A stretch of DNA of 63,881 bases, filler included, from an uncultured Ignavibacteriales bacterium (GCA_964611355.1; 3 parts of 3 records of this genome joined end to end with filler, not necessarily neighbours in it), one strand, 5' to 3'. Positions 10,094 to 20,801 are shown, counted from the whole stretch's first letter. Numbers and translations are program-made. Notes: a model not told the origin generated them from the letters alone.

Positions 10094-12094
10094 ATGCTGG
10101 AGAAGGCTTTCATAATACCGCTTTTGCCGCTTTTCGCCTTTGTGGCAATTGTCTTTTTCACCCACCCCAGGGAGAAACTCTCATCCTGGCTGGCGATAAT
10201 CTCGATAGCCGCCGCCTGGGTGATGTCGATCGTAGTTTTGGTCGAAATGCTGGCTTACGATGGCGCGCAACCTTACCGGCTGGAACAGGCTTTTGATGTT
10301 ATCAATTTTGCATCCTTCCGGCTGGAGTTCGGTATATGGCTTGACCCCTGGGCGGCGATAATGCTGATTGTCGTTACCACCGTTTCGCTGGCGGTGTACG
10401 TATATTCGCTGGGCTACATGCACGGCGATCCCCGCTTCTCCCGGTTTTTCGCTTACCTGGCGCTTTTTTCATTCTCCATGCTGGGACTTGTGCTGGCAAA
10501 CAACTTCTTCTTCATCTTCATCTTCTGGGAACTGGTCGGATTGACTTCGTATCTTTTGATCGGTTTCTGGTATGAAAAGAAGTCGGCCTCCGACGCCGGC
10601 AAGAAAGCGTTCATCACAACCAGGATCGGCGATCTTGGTTTTCTGGTGGCCTTAATGATGATGGCCATGTTCGTGGGAACCTTCAATTTTCAGGAAATCT
10701 TCGCCAAGGTCGCCGCCGGACATATAAGCGGCGGACTTTTGACCGCTATTGCGATATTGATCTTCTGCGGCGCGGTCGGGAAATCGGCCCAGTTCCCGCT
10801 GCATGTCTGGCTGCCGGATGCCATGGAAGGTCCTACGCCGGTGTCGGCTTTGATTCACGCCGCCACTATGGTGGCCGCCGGTGTTTACCTGGTGGCGCGG
10901 ACATTAACTCTCTTTCTGCCGGACTGGCATACTTTCGTCGAAACCGGCGCGTTGACCACGAGCGCCTGGACGGTTGCATGGATTGGCCTGGTTACCTCCC
11001 TCATGGCTGCGTCAATCGCGCTGGTACACAATGACATTAAAAGAATTCTGGCCTATTCCACCGTGTCCCAGTTGGGATATATGATGATGGCTCTGGGGAT
11101 GGGCGGTTTTACCGCCGGTACTTTCCATTTGTTTACGCATGCCTTTTTCAAATCCCTGCTGTTCCTTGGCGCCGGTTCGGTCATCCACGCCGTCCATACC
11201 AATGACATTCGGGAAATGGGCGGGCTGTCGGGCAAGATGAAAATAACTACCATGACCTTTATTATCGCGGCGCTGTCGATCTCCGGTATCTTTCCGTTAT
11301 CGGGTTTCTGGTCCAAGGATGAAATAATTGGGTCGGCTTATCGTCATCCGTTCTTCATGGTTGTCGCCCTGATCGTGGCTTTTATGACCGCTTTCTATAT
11401 GTTCCGCCTCTGCTTTTTGACCTTCTTCGGAATACCGCGCGACAGGGGAAAATACGACCGCGCCCTCGAATCACCCCGGTCGATGACCTTGCCGCTTATC
11501 TTTCTGGCCGTTCTGTCAGTGGTGGCCGGGTGGGTCGGTATTCCGTGGCTCAAACACGGCTACGCATCTTTTGTTTATCACGGGTATCCTCACCATGTTG
11601 AACCGAATATTCTGCTGATGGCGGTTTCGACCGCGGTGGCTCTTTCGGGCATCGGGCTGGCCTATTTAATGTATTATAAGAAGTCGATTTCAGCCGAGGC
11701 GATGGGTGAGCGCTTCAAGCCGATCTACACGCTGCTTTACAATAAATATTACATCGATGAGTTTTACGACCATGTTATTATCAAACCGACTCACGCCCTG
11801 GCGCGTTTCCTGTGGAGTTTCGACGACCGGATTATCGACGGACTGGTAAACCTGCACGCCAAGGTTACGCTCTTGTTATCGACCGTCAAATACTGGATCG
11901 ACGTCTATATCATCGACGGCATCGTCAATGGTCTCGGTATCGTCACCGACGCCGCGTCCGGAGTTATGCGTCTTTTGCAAACCGGGCGGCTGGCGCACTA
12001 CCTTCTGGTGGTGCTTTTCGGTTTGATTCTTATCGTTCTTTTGTCAACTTCGAACCTTTTGAACTGGGCTTTTTTGGAGGCCGGTATAAAATAG
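10094..12094 (+). CDS. nuoL: Complex I subunit L (antiporter-like)
   Basis: GKSAQFPLHVWLPDAMEGPTPVSALIHAATMV, AYSTVSQLGYM. Confidence 0.96.
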   Translation: MLEKAFIIPLLPLFAFVAIVFFTHPREKLSSWLAIISIAAAWVMSIVVLVEMLAYDGAQPYRLEQAFDVINFASFRLEFGIWLDPWAAIMLIVVTTVSLAVYVYSLGYMHGDPRFSRFFAYLALFSFSMLGLVLANNFFFIFIFWELVGLTSYLLIGFWYEKKSASDAGKKAFITTRIGDLGFLVALMMMAMFVGTFNFQEIFAKVAAGHISGGLLTAIAILIFCGAVGKSAQFPLHVWLPDAMEGPTPVSALIHAATMVAAGVYLVARTLTLFLPDWHTFVETGALTTSAWTVAWIGLVTSLMAASIALVHNDIKRILAYSTVSQLGYMMMALGMGGFTAGTFHLFTHAFFKSLLFLGAGSVIHAVHTNDIREMGGLSGKMKITTMTFIIAALSISGIFPLSGFWSKDEIIGSAYRHPFFMVVALIVAFMTAFYMFRLCFLTFFGIPRDRGKYDRALESPRSMTLPLIFLAVLSVVAGWVGIPWLKHGYASFVYHGYPHHVEPNILLMAVSTAVALSGIGLAYLMYYKKSISAEAMGERFKPIYTLLYNKYYIDEFYDHVIIKPTHALARFLWSFDDRIIDGLVNLHAKVTLLLSTVKYWIDVYIIDGIVNGLGIVTDAASGVMRLLQTGRLAHYLLVVLFGLILIVLLSTSNLLNWAFLEAGIK

Positions 12095-12124
12095 AGAGAC
12101 AGGCCGGGAGGATAAATAAACAAG

Positions 12125-13606
12125 ATGAATTACAGTTTTCCGATATTATCCTGTGTTGTTTTTGCGCCGCTGGCGGGGATGATTGTGGTTCTTTTGCTTG
12201 ATCGGGAAAAACACAACGCCATCAGGTGGGTTTCGACCTTTTTTGCCTTTATCACTTTGATCCTGACCATAATCGTCCTTAAAGATTATAATTGTGCGAC
12301 GGCTGAGATGCAGTTTGTCGAGATGCATCGGTGGATCCCCGCGATCAGCGCTCAATACTTCCTCGGCGTTGACGGCATCTCGGTGCCGATGCTGGCGCTG
12401 ACCAGTCTTCTTTCGCTGATTGCCATCGTCATAAGTTTTAACATCACCAAGCGGGTCAAAGAATATTTTGCCTTTTTCCTCCTGCTGGAATGCGGTATGC
12501 TTGGCGTTTTTGCCGCGCTGGATTTCTTCCTTTTCTATGTCTTCTGGGAAGTCATGCTGGTGCCGATGTATTTTTTGATCGGTGTCTGGGGCGGGCCGCG
12601 CCGCGAATACGCCGCCATCAAGTTTTTTCTCTATACACTGTTCGGTTCCATTTTTATGCTGGTGGCGATTCTGATTCTTTATTTCTCCTCCGAACCGCAC
12701 ACGCTCAACATGCTGGAGATGATGCGGCTTGGCCCGACCTTCTCGCACGGTATCCAGCTTCTCACCTTTGCCTTTTTCTTTATTGCTTTCGCCATCAAGG
12801 TCCCCGTCTGGCCGTTCCATACCTGGCTGCCTGACGCTCACGTCGAAGCACCCACCGCGATTTCAATCGTCCTGGCGGGCGTCCTGCTGAAGATGGGAAC
12901 TTACGGCATGCTCCGGGTTTCCTGGCCGATGCTGCCGGAAGGTATCCGGTACTTCGCATTTCCGATAGCGATACTCGGAGTAATCGCCATTATATACGGC
13001 GCGCTGGTCTGCATGGCTCAGAAAGACCTCAAAAAACTGGTCGCTTATTCTTCGGTGTCGCATATGGGTTATTGTATGCTGGCCCTGGCGGCCTTCACTT
13101 CGGTAAAAGCTCTGGCGGGATGTATGTTCCAGATGGTGTCGCACGGTTTGCTCACCGGGGCGATGTTTCTTTTGGTCGGGGTTTTATATGATCGGGCGCA
13201 CACCCGCGAAATCGCCGCCTTTGGCGGGCTGTCCAACAAGATGCGCGTCTATACCGGCCTGATGATGCTCTTTACCATGGGTTCGCTCGGCCTGCCGGGA
13301 ATGTCGGGATTTATATCCGAGTTTCTCGTCTTTATCGGTTCTTTTTCCTCCTATCCGGTTATGGTCTGTATCGCCGTTCTGGGCGTGGTGCTGACGGCGG
13401 CTTATTTCCTGCGTATGATCCAGCATATCTTTTTGGGCGAATTCGACAGTGCCAAATGGGGCGGCCTTACCGACATTAACATTCGGGAAACCCTGGCGGT
13501 GGCTCCCCTGGGGATTCTGACTTTGTTTATTGGAATCTATCCCAAGCCGCTGTCCGATCTGATACGGGCGACACTGGAAAACATTGTAACCCTGATGGCT
13601 CGTTAA
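12125..13606 (+). CDS. nuoM: Complex I subunit M
   Basis: FYVFWE, PFHTWLPDAHVEAP, AYSSVSHMG. Confidence 0.96.
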   Translation: MNYSFPILSCVVFAPLAGMIVVLLLDREKHNAIRWVSTFFAFITLILTIIVLKDYNCATAEMQFVEMHRWIPAISAQYFLGVDGISVPMLALTSLLSLIAIVISFNITKRVKEYFAFFLLLECGMLGVFAALDFFLFYVFWEVMLVPMYFLIGVWGGPRREYAAIKFFLYTLFGSIFMLVAILILYFSSEPHTLNMLEMMRLGPTFSHGIQLLTFAFFFIAFAIKVPVWPFHTWLPDAHVEAPTAISIVLAGVLLKMGTYGMLRVSWPMLPEGIRYFAFPIAILGVIAIIYGALVCMAQKDLKKLVAYSSVSHMGYCMLALAAFTSVKALAGCMFQMVSHGLLTGAMFLLVGVLYDRAHTREIAAFGGLSNKMRVYTGLMMLFTMGSLGLPGMSGFISEFLVFIGSFSSYPVMVCIAVLGVVLTAAYFLRMIQHIFLGEFDSAKWGGLTDINIRETLAVAPLGILTLFIGIYPKPLSDLIRATLENIVTLMAR

Positions 13607-13607
13607 A

Positions 13608-15062
13608 ATGATTGACCTGAGGCCTCTTATACCTGAGTTGTTTCTCTTTTGCGTTTCACTGGTTGTTCTGGGGGTCGATCTTTTCTCAAAAAGGCGGTCG
13701 GTGTCGCTGCCGGCATACCTCAGTATGGCTGGCCTGGTGGTTACCGGGTTTCTCCTGTATAAATTTCAGGGCGGCCGGCTCTGGGAAGGAATGTTTGTCT
13801 CCGATTCCTTCGCTTATTTCTTCAAGATAATCATTCTGGGTGCCGCCTTTTGCGCCATCGGCTCGTCATTCGGTACGGTCGGACGGATGACTCACCACCG
13901 GGGAGAGTACTTTTCGCTGATTCTTTTTTCCACGGTGGGGATGATGTTTCTGGTGTCGGCCAGGGAGCTAATCACGCTTTATATCGGGCTGGAGCTGACC
14001 ACTATCCCGCTTTTCGTTCTTGCCGCCTATATAAAATCAAGCCGGGCTTCCAGCGAAGCGGGCTTAAAATATATGATTATCGGGGCCGCTTCGTCGGCAA
14101 TTTTGCTTTACGGGTTCTCTATCATCTATGGCCTGACCGGTACCACCTATATACCTGAGGTTACCATCAACCTGTCGATTTACTGGTTGTCGTTTGGCGA
14201 AATCGGTCCGGCCTTTTCCGTGGCCCTGATGATGATTATCGCCGGGTTGACCTTCAAACTGGCTATTGTCCCGTTCCATATGTGGGCGCCGGACGTATAT
14301 GAGGGCGCTCCGACTCCTATCACCGCCTTTCTGTCGGTCGGTTCCAAGGCCGCCGCCCTGGCCGCTTTTGCCCGAATTTTCTGCGGCATGTTTGTCGCCT
14401 TTGCCGACGATGTGATGCAGCCGCGTGACTGGGGCAATATGGTCGCCTTCCTGGCGGCGGTATCCATGATCCTCGGCAACGTTGTCGCGATCCGTCAGAC
14501 CAACATCAAGCGGATGCTGGCTTATTCGTCAATCGCACAGGCCGGATATATAATGGTTGGCGTTGTGGCCACGTCAACGCTGGGCATCGCCTCGATCAGT
14601 TATTACGCCTTCGCCTACCTGCTGGCCAACATGGGCGCTTTTGCCGTGGTTACTGTTTTCGCCGATCGGAGCGGCTCGGAAAAGATTGCCGATTACGCCG
14701 GCCTGGCCCGTTCATCCCCGGTACTGGCATTTCTGCTGGCGATATTCCTGTTGTCGCTGGCCGGGATTCCGCCTTTGGCCGGGTTTTTGGCCAAGTATTA
14801 CGTGTTTGCGGCGGCTATTGAGGCCGGTTATACCTGGCTGGTTATCCTGGCCCTGTTGACGGCGGTGATTTCGCTTTATTATTATGCCAACGTTATCCGG
14901 CTGATGTATATGGTGCATGAGCCCAATCCGCATCATATAGTTCCGGGTTTTCCGGCCGGGCTGGTGCTGGCCCTGACCGGCGTCGGGGTGGTATTGGTCG
15001 GTATCCTGCCGCAGTCAATTCTGGAGCTGGCGCTTCGAGCGGCATCGAGTTTTGCTTTTTAG
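13608..15062 (+). CDS. nuoN: Complex I subunit N
   Basis: PFHMWAPDVYEGAP, KRMLAYSSI, AGIPPLAGF. Confidence 0.95.
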   Translation: MIDLRPLIPELFLFCVSLVVLGVDLFSKRRSVSLPAYLSMAGLVVTGFLLYKFQGGRLWEGMFVSDSFAYFFKIIILGAAFCAIGSSFGTVGRMTHHRGEYFSLILFSTVGMMFLVSARELITLYIGLELTTIPLFVLAAYIKSSRASSEAGLKYMIIGAASSAILLYGFSIIYGLTGTTYIPEVTINLSIYWLSFGEIGPAFSVALMMIIAGLTFKLAIVPFHMWAPDVYEGAPTPITAFLSVGSKAAALAAFARIFCGMFVAFADDVMQPRDWGNMVAFLAAVSMILGNVVAIRQTNIKRMLAYSSIAQAGYIMVGVVATSTLGIASISYYAFAYLLANMGAFAVVTVFADRSGSEKIADYAGLARSSPVLAFLLAIFLLSLAGIPPLAGFLAKYYVFAAAIEAGYTWLVILALLTAVISLYYYANVIRLMYMVHEPNPHHIVPGFPAGLVLALTGVGVVLVGILPQSILELALRAASSFAF

Positions 15063-15153
15063 TCTTTTGGATAACGCAACGATTGACATTCAGGCCGCTT
15101 TTTCCGTATATAGATTCGAAGTGCGGTGCCGATCTATCGAAGCAGGGATAGCT

Positions 15154-15813
15154 ATGTCGATATTGTCAGGGATTAAGACCGTCATAAAAAGGAATTTCAT
15201 CTCCGGCCTGCTGGTTACGGTTCCGCTGATTACTACCTATTTTGTTCTGCGGGTTCTGTTCAATGTCCTCGACGGTATATTCAATCCGATTGTCCACAAC
15301 CTGCTGGGATACGATATTCCCGGCCTGGGTGCTGTGGTTACCGTACTTCTTATTTTGCTGGCCGGTATTGTCACCACCAATTTTATCGGCGCCCGTATTT
15401 ACGAATGGGGCGACCGCTCCCTTGGCCGCACGCCGCTGGTCAGAATCATCTATACCGCCGCCAAGCAGCTTGTTCAATCGCTGGTTACGCCTTCGGCAAA
15501 GGCTTTCTCCGAAGTGGCCCTGGTTGAATATCCTCGCAAGGGAGTGTACATCATCGGATTCCTGTCCGGAAAAAGCCGTTTGCGGGACGAGGAAAATAAA
15601 TATGCGAAATCCGTGCGTATGGTTTTTATCCCCTCGACGCCGACCCCGTTCACCGGGCTGGTGATTTTTGTACCTGAAAAGGATATTTACCCGATAGATA
15701 TGGGCCTGGAAGAAGCGGTTAAGATCATGGTTTCCGGCGGCATCGCGACGCCTCCGGTCATAAATATGATTAAAGGACGCAACTGCCGGGAGACTACTCA
15801 TGCGACTGGCTAA
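15154..15813 (+). CDS. DUF502 family membrane protein
   Basis: FISGLL..VPL, PLVR.IY..KQ, VEYPR.G, VFIPSTP.PFTG, SGG motifs; start moved to ATG 15154. Confidence 0.85.
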   Translation: MSILSGIKTVIKRNFISGLLVTVPLITTYFVLRVLFNVLDGIFNPIVHNLLGYDIPGLGAVVTVLLILLAGIVTTNFIGARIYEWGDRSLGRTPLVRIIYTAAKQLVQSLVTPSAKAFSEVALVEYPRKGVYIIGFLSGKSRLRDEENKYAKSVRMVFIPSTPTPFTGLVIFVPEKDIYPIDMGLEEAVKIMVSGGIATPPVINMIKGRNCRETTHATG

Positions 15814-16705
15814 CCTGCTGGATGAGAGCCTGGTCACCTGCGACCTGAAGGCAAAAACCAAAACCGAAGCGATCGCCGAGCTACTCAACCTGGTGCAAAA
15901 GAATTATCCCCGGTATGACTATGACGCTATTCTCGAATCGATTCTGGACAGAGAAGAAATCGAGGATACTTCCTACGGTCGGGCGATTGCGTTTCCCCAC
16001 GCGCGCACCAACGCCGTTGACGAAATGTACGTGGCGATCGGGATATCGCGTTCGGGTTTGTCGGACAAGACTCCCGATAACAAGCCGCTGCAGATGATCT
16101 GCCTTATGTTGACGCCGTCAGCTATCGCCAAGTTGTACCTGCAAACGCTTTCAGCTTTTGCTGCCTTTGCTCGAAACCCGGAGAATATTGAAAGAGCCGT
16201 CAGGGCAAATTCACCGGGGACCATAATCGATGCCATATGGGAATCGGGCGTTACGGTTGAAAAGGAAATAACCGCTAAGGACCTTATGCGCCACGATGTG
16301 GTTAGCGTCTCGCCCGACGACAGCCTGAAAAAGGTAGCTAACCTGATGTTCCGTAACCGGTTGTCGGCGCTGGCGGTGGTAGACAAGGACAATAACCTGC
16401 TCGGCCAGATTACCGATAAGGAACTGATCAAAGCCGCCCTGCCCGATTTCAAAACGCTTATTTCCAACCTTAATTATTCGATGGACATTGAGCCTTTTGA
16501 AGAACTTCTCAAGCGTGAAGATAAAATCAAGGTCAAACAGCTTTTTACCCGGGACCACGAGGTAGTCAGTTGCGATACGAAGATTGTCGAGGTGGCGGCG
16601 ATGATGCTGTTTAAGGATCTGCGTCGAGTCTTTGTCGCGGAAAATAACAAGCTGATCGGTATTCTGCTTCGCAAGGATATCGTCCATATGATTATTCGCG
16701 GATAG
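15800..16705 (+). CDS. PTS EIIA(Ntr/Fru)-like domain fused to a CBS domain pair
   Basis: N-terminal REEIEDTSYGRAIAFPHAR (phospho-His); two C-terminal CBS repeats (AKDLM..DVVSV, LLGQIT, LIGIL). Confidence 0.85.
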   Translation: MRLANLLDESLVTCDLKAKTKTEAIAELLNLVQKNYPRYDYDAILESILDREEIEDTSYGRAIAFPHARTNAVDEMYVAIGISRSGLSDKTPDNKPLQMICLMLTPSAIAKLYLQTLSAFAAFARNPENIERAVRANSPGTIIDAIWESGVTVEKEITAKDLMRHDVVSVSPDDSLKKVANLMFRNRLSALAVVDKDNNLLGQITDKELIKAALPDFKTLISNLNYSMDIEPFEELLKREDKIKVKQLFTRDHEVVSCDTKIVEVAAMMLFKDLRRVFVAENNKLIGILLRKDIVHMIIRG

Positions 16706-16775
16706 CGGAGCGTCCTTTTTTTTATCCTTTCATTGACCATAAATCCTGCAGCTTTTAACAGACAGCGAATTGTCT

Positions 16776-16804
16776 TTGACAGGGGAACTATACTGTTGTA
16801 GATT
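16776..16804 (+). promoter_or_regulatory. Putative sigma70 promoter of the CaCA antiporter gene
   Basis: TTGACA, 17-nt spacer, TAGATT. Confidence 0.55.
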
Positions 16805-16854
16805 GCCGCATTAAATTATACGACCCAAGAGGCGGCGAGTCAGGGAAATACGGC

Positions 16855-18042
16855 ATGCCATCAAAATCCTCAACTTTTCTTTTCAGAATCATAATTATTG
16901 CGGCTGCGATTTCTTTGACCGTACTCAGCCTGCTTGCAAGATTCGGTCTTATCCGCGCCGGGTATGGCGCCGAGGCGTTTATTTTCGGCATCGGACTTTT
17001 GGGCGCCGCCTTTATGATTTCCTGGGCGGCCGAGGTCGCCCAGATGGATATCTCGCAGGGGCTTGCGGTTGCGATTCTGGCCTTAATCGCCGTGCTTCCC
17101 GAGTATGCGGTCGATATGGTTTTCGCCTGGAAGGCAGGGAAGGACATCGCTTTTGCGCCGCTGGCTCTTGCTAATATGACCGGCGCCAACCGTCTGCTCA
17201 TCGGCCTGGGTTGGCCGATGGTCCTTCTTATCTTTTTCCTGCGGACGCGTAAGAAATCGCTTCAGATGGTCAAGGAGCATTCGACGGAAATATTCTATCT
17301 GACCTGCGCTACCGTGTATGCCTTCACCATCCCGTTTAAGGGTAGTCTTAACCTTTTTGATATGCTAATCCTCGTGGCTATTTTTACCATGTATATTATA
17401 CGCACTATCCGCACGAAAGTGGAAGAGCCGGAACTGGTCGGGCCGGCGGCGATGTTCGGCGCCTTTACACCGTCCTGGCGGCGATTGACAACGGTAGCGC
17501 TTTTTCTGTATTCGGGTGTAATCATATTTCTCTTGGCCAAGCCGTTCGCCGAATCGCTGGTCGCCTTCGGGAGGGAATCCGGGATTGACGAATTCCTTTT
17601 GGTTCAATGGCTCGCGCCTTTGGCATCGGAAGCGCCGGAATTTATGGTGGCCGGCATCTGGGCCTCTCGCGGCCACGTACAGCAGGCTTTGGGCGCTTTG
17701 ATATCATCTAAAGTCAATCAATGGACCCTGCTGGTCGGTACGCTGCCGATTGTCTTTTCCATATCGCTGGGAAAGCTTGGTTCCCTGCCACTGGATATGC
17801 GGCAGGATCACGAAATCTGGCTGACAGCCGGACAGTCGATATTCGCGGTAGCTATTCTATCCAACCTGAGAATCTCGTGGTATGGCGCAATCCTTCTGGC
17901 GATTCTGTTTATTGCGCAGTTGATAATCGCTGATATTCGGATGGAGGTATTTGCGATTTATCTGGTGTTTGCCGTTTTGATCCTGATTCGCGACCGCAGG
18001 CATCTGCCGTCACTGGCCCGGATCGGTTTGAAATTCAAATAA
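16855..18042 (+). CDS. Sodium:calcium (cation/Ca2+ exchanger, CaCA) antiporter
   Basis: Alpha repeats AVLPEYAVD...ANMTGAN and PLASEAPE...SSKVNQ; about 11 TM segments. Confidence 0.85.
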   Translation: MPSKSSTFLFRIIIIAAAISLTVLSLLARFGLIRAGYGAEAFIFGIGLLGAAFMISWAAEVAQMDISQGLAVAILALIAVLPEYAVDMVFAWKAGKDIAFAPLALANMTGANRLLIGLGWPMVLLIFFLRTRKKSLQMVKEHSTEIFYLTCATVYAFTIPFKGSLNLFDMLILVAIFTMYIIRTIRTKVEEPELVGPAAMFGAFTPSWRRLTTVALFLYSGVIIFLLAKPFAESLVAFGRESGIDEFLLVQWLAPLASEAPEFMVAGIWASRGHVQQALGALISSKVNQWTLLVGTLPIVFSISLGKLGSLPLDMRQDHEIWLTAGQSIFAVAILSNLRISWYGAILLAILFIAQLIIADIRMEVFAIYLVFAVLILIRDRRHLPSLARIGLKFK

Positions 18043-18043
18043 C

Positions 18044-18727
18044 CTATTTATTGTTCTTCGTCTTGTACCGGTACCCGATTCTGGGAAACGGGTTGACTAC
18101 CGACGAGACAATATTGGTCAAATGAGACGATATTCTTTTAAGAAATCTTATGTACATGGTCAGAACAACCGCATGGCCCACCAAAATGTCATCGGGGGGG
18201 CAAGTAATCAATTCCGTAACAACTGAATCGCACCAGTTGGCTATCTCTTTGTGCTCTTTCATTAATTTCGAAGCGAGCTTTTTGTCCGATTTCGAATATG
18301 CTTCGGTGACGCTTTTGAACTTCTCGTCAATGGCCGCTTCCACCTCACACAGCTTTTGCTCGTATTTGAATCCATGAAGCGGCATGGGATGATCCCGGGC
18401 CAATTCGGCGATATTTTTGGAGTAATCCCCGATTCGCTCAACATCAATAACCACCGATATCAGGACCAGGCATAGACTGACGTCTCCGGGCTGAGTCAGG
18501 GCCAGGTGAGTGAGTACCTTGCGGCGCACCTCGCGTTCATATTTGTTTATCCTTTTATCGGCGGCGAAAATATCGATTTGCAGTTCTGCGGTGTCGGAAT
18601 ACCGCAGCGTGTGAACCGATTCCTTGAACATCCGGTAATCTTCGCGAAGCATTTCAGCCATAGCCTCAAAAGCCTGCTGAAGAAGATTATCGGAAGTGAA
18701 AAGTTCTTTCAAAAAACGAAACATCAT
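18044..18727 (-). CDS. PhoU domain-containing protein
   Basis: DKRINKYERE..., DVERIGDYSKNIAE, RFLKRISSHLTNI repeats. Confidence 0.85.
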   Translation of the reverse strand: MMFRFLKELFTSDNLLQQAFEAMAEMLREDYRMFKESVHTLRYSDTAELQIDIFAADKRINKYEREVRRKVLTHLALTQPGDVSLCLVLISVVIDVERIGDYSKNIAELARDHPMPLHGFKYEQKLCEVEAAIDEKFKSVTEAYSKSDKKLASKLMKEHKEIANWCDSVVTELITCPPDDILVGHAVVLTMYIRFLKRISSHLTNIVSSVVNPFPRIGYRYKTKNNK

Positions 18728-19813
18728 TTACCTCCAGAAATATATCAGCGCCAAAGGTATTATAAAAAATATAGCACCAATAAATACCAACGGGACAGCC
18801 TTATTTTTCACGGAATAATCGGCCAGTTTGCGCGCCAGGTATAACGGGATTTTCTTGAGCGGCAAGAAGACGACTATCCCGCAGAAATTGAATAACATGT
18901 GGGCAAAAGCAATGGTTACGGCGGCTATATTGCCTGTGGCCAGCGAGGCCAGGATTGCCGTGGCGGTAGTGCCGAGATTGGCCCCGAGGGTGTACGGGAA
19001 AATCTGAACCAAGGATAAAATCCCGGAACCGGCCAGCGGAATTATCAACGACGTGGTAATGGAAGAAGACTGGACCATAACCGTCAGGACCAAGCCTAAA
19101 AGGAACGACCTGGCCGTCGTTTTGAAAATATAGCGCTGGAAAAATCCGGTCAGGGGCGAGATCACCATCGACCTGAGAGTCTTAACGAGAAAATTAAGAG
19201 AAAGAAACAGCAGCAGGACGGCAAGAACGCTGGAAACGACAGCATTCTGATTGAGAATATCAAGGAGGGCTTTGATAACCGGCTTGGTAATTGCAGCCAA
19301 CGGATTAAACAGGGTCACCCCGCCCAGTTTGGAAAACAAGCCGGTCAGTTGAGAACTGGCCGCACCAAGAAAATTGGTCTTTATCTGAATCGGTAGAAAT
19401 ATCGCCACCGCCAGCAGGTTAAATATATCATGAACAGTTGAAGCGGCAAAAGCTCGCCTGAACTCAACGGACCGCTTGATATGGACCAGTGAGACCAGTA
19501 AATTTGTAATGGTTGTTCCAATATTAGCTCCCATTACGACCGGAATAGCGTTATCAACCGTCATCAGCCCCCCGCCCACCATGCCGACGACCAGGGAAGT
19601 TGTCATTGAGGATGATTGAACGACACTTGTAGCCAGAACACCAATGAAAAGGCCAACGATTGGGTTGGACGTTGTTGATATCATTGTTTCGGCAAAACCT
19701 TTTCCGAACAGCCTCAAAGAGCTTCCAAAAAGTCCGACGGATAAAAGGAACAGATACAAAAAGCCAAAAAGCAGGATCAATCTTATGTAGATGGATGTTT
19801 TCGAGGCAGCCAA
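18728..19813 (-). CDS. Na+/Pi cotransporter (NptA/SLC34 family)
   Basis: Two QSSS repeats, each followed by GAN(I/L)GTT; TTG start. Confidence 0.92.
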   Translation of the reverse strand: MAASKTSIYIRLILLFGFLYLFLLSVGLFGSSLRLFGKGFAETMISTTSNPIVGLFIGVLATSVVQSSSMTTSLVVGMVGGGLMTVDNAIPVVMGANIGTTITNLLVSLVHIKRSVEFRRAFAASTVHDIFNLLAVAIFLPIQIKTNFLGAASSQLTGLFSKLGGVTLFNPLAAITKPVIKALLDILNQNAVVSSVLAVLLLFLSLNFLVKTLRSMVISPLTGFFQRYIFKTTARSFLLGLVLTVMVQSSSITTSLIIPLAGSGILSLVQIFPYTLGANLGTTATAILASLATGNIAAVTIAFAHMLFNFCGIVVFLPLKKIPLYLARKLADYSVKNKAVPLVFIGAIFFIIPLALIYFWR

Positions 19814-20060
19814 ATTACGCTATTTCTCCGACAGCGGTCTTTTCCGCCGCCATAATTAGCTGATTCTCATGAAATTCGAGCGGCAATATAGCCGCCTTGA
19901 TATCAGTGTCAAGTAAAATGCGCCGTCATTTTCACGGCCTTTATCGGATATCCGCACCGGCGCGATTTAACGCGGTTTGGAACTTGACAGTCTCCCGAAT
20001 TGTATTAAATTGCGGACAGTTTGAGAGGGGATGAATTTGCTTTAGGAAGGTAACAAGTAT

Positions 20061-20801
20061 ATGCGTTTACTTATGGCTCTGGCGCCCTTTTTTCTCCTTT
20101 CGCTTATGGCCATCTCCTGCGGCGATAAAGGAGTCCCCCCTCTGCCCGTACCCGCCACCAGATTAGAGATCATCTCCGGCAACGGCCAGATACCAAGGGC
20201 CGGCGCATTTCTGCCGGACTCCCTGATGGTCAGAGTTACCACCGACATGGGAGAACCGATTCCGGATATCCAGATTGTCTATGAACAGATCACTCCGATT
20301 GATGGCCAAGGGCTTCGTTGGGGTGTACAGACGACCAACGGCGACGGTTACGCAAGGAACAAATACTATGCGGATACCGTGGTCGGCATCGATACGATTA
20401 TGGTTACCGCTTCCGACATTGAAGATTCAGTAGTCCATTTTGTTGTGACGGTCGTTCCCGATAGCGCCAATACGATTATTATAGAAAGCGGCGATGGGCA
20501 GGAGGGAAATTCCGGCGACATGTTGTCTGAGCCTTGCGTGGTAAAAGTTACGGACAAATACAACAATCCCGTACCCGATCTCAGGACAAAATTTGTCGTA
20601 TTTGGCGAGTGTCTGGTTTTTACCGACTCGACAGCGGCAACCGATACGGCCTATACGAGAACCGCCGAAGACGGCATGGCGCAGGCCCAATGGATAATGG
20701 CTTCTGTTGGTTCTCCGTCTTGGACCTGGATGTGGGTGTATATGATGGTTGGTGATCAACCGGTTGATTCGGTCAGATTCTCGGCTCATATCAATCCTTG
20801 A
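20061..20801 (+). CDS. Putative lipoprotein with two Ig-like (Big_1-type) domains
   Basis: Lipobox-like AISC; two repeats of I.SG.GQ.G..G..L....V.V.D...P; TNGDG/TAEDG motifs. Confidence 0.7.
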   Translation: MRLLMALAPFFLLSLMAISCGDKGVPPLPVPATRLEIISGNGQIPRAGAFLPDSLMVRVTTDMGEPIPDIQIVYEQITPIDGQGLRWGVQTTNGDGYARNKYYADTVVGIDTIMVTASDIEDSVVHFVVTVVPDSANTIIIESGDGQEGNSGDMLSEPCVVKVTDKYNNPVPDLRTKFVVFGECLVFTDSTAATDTAYTRTAEDGMAQAQWIMASVGSPSWTWMWVYMMVGDQPVDSVRFSAHINP

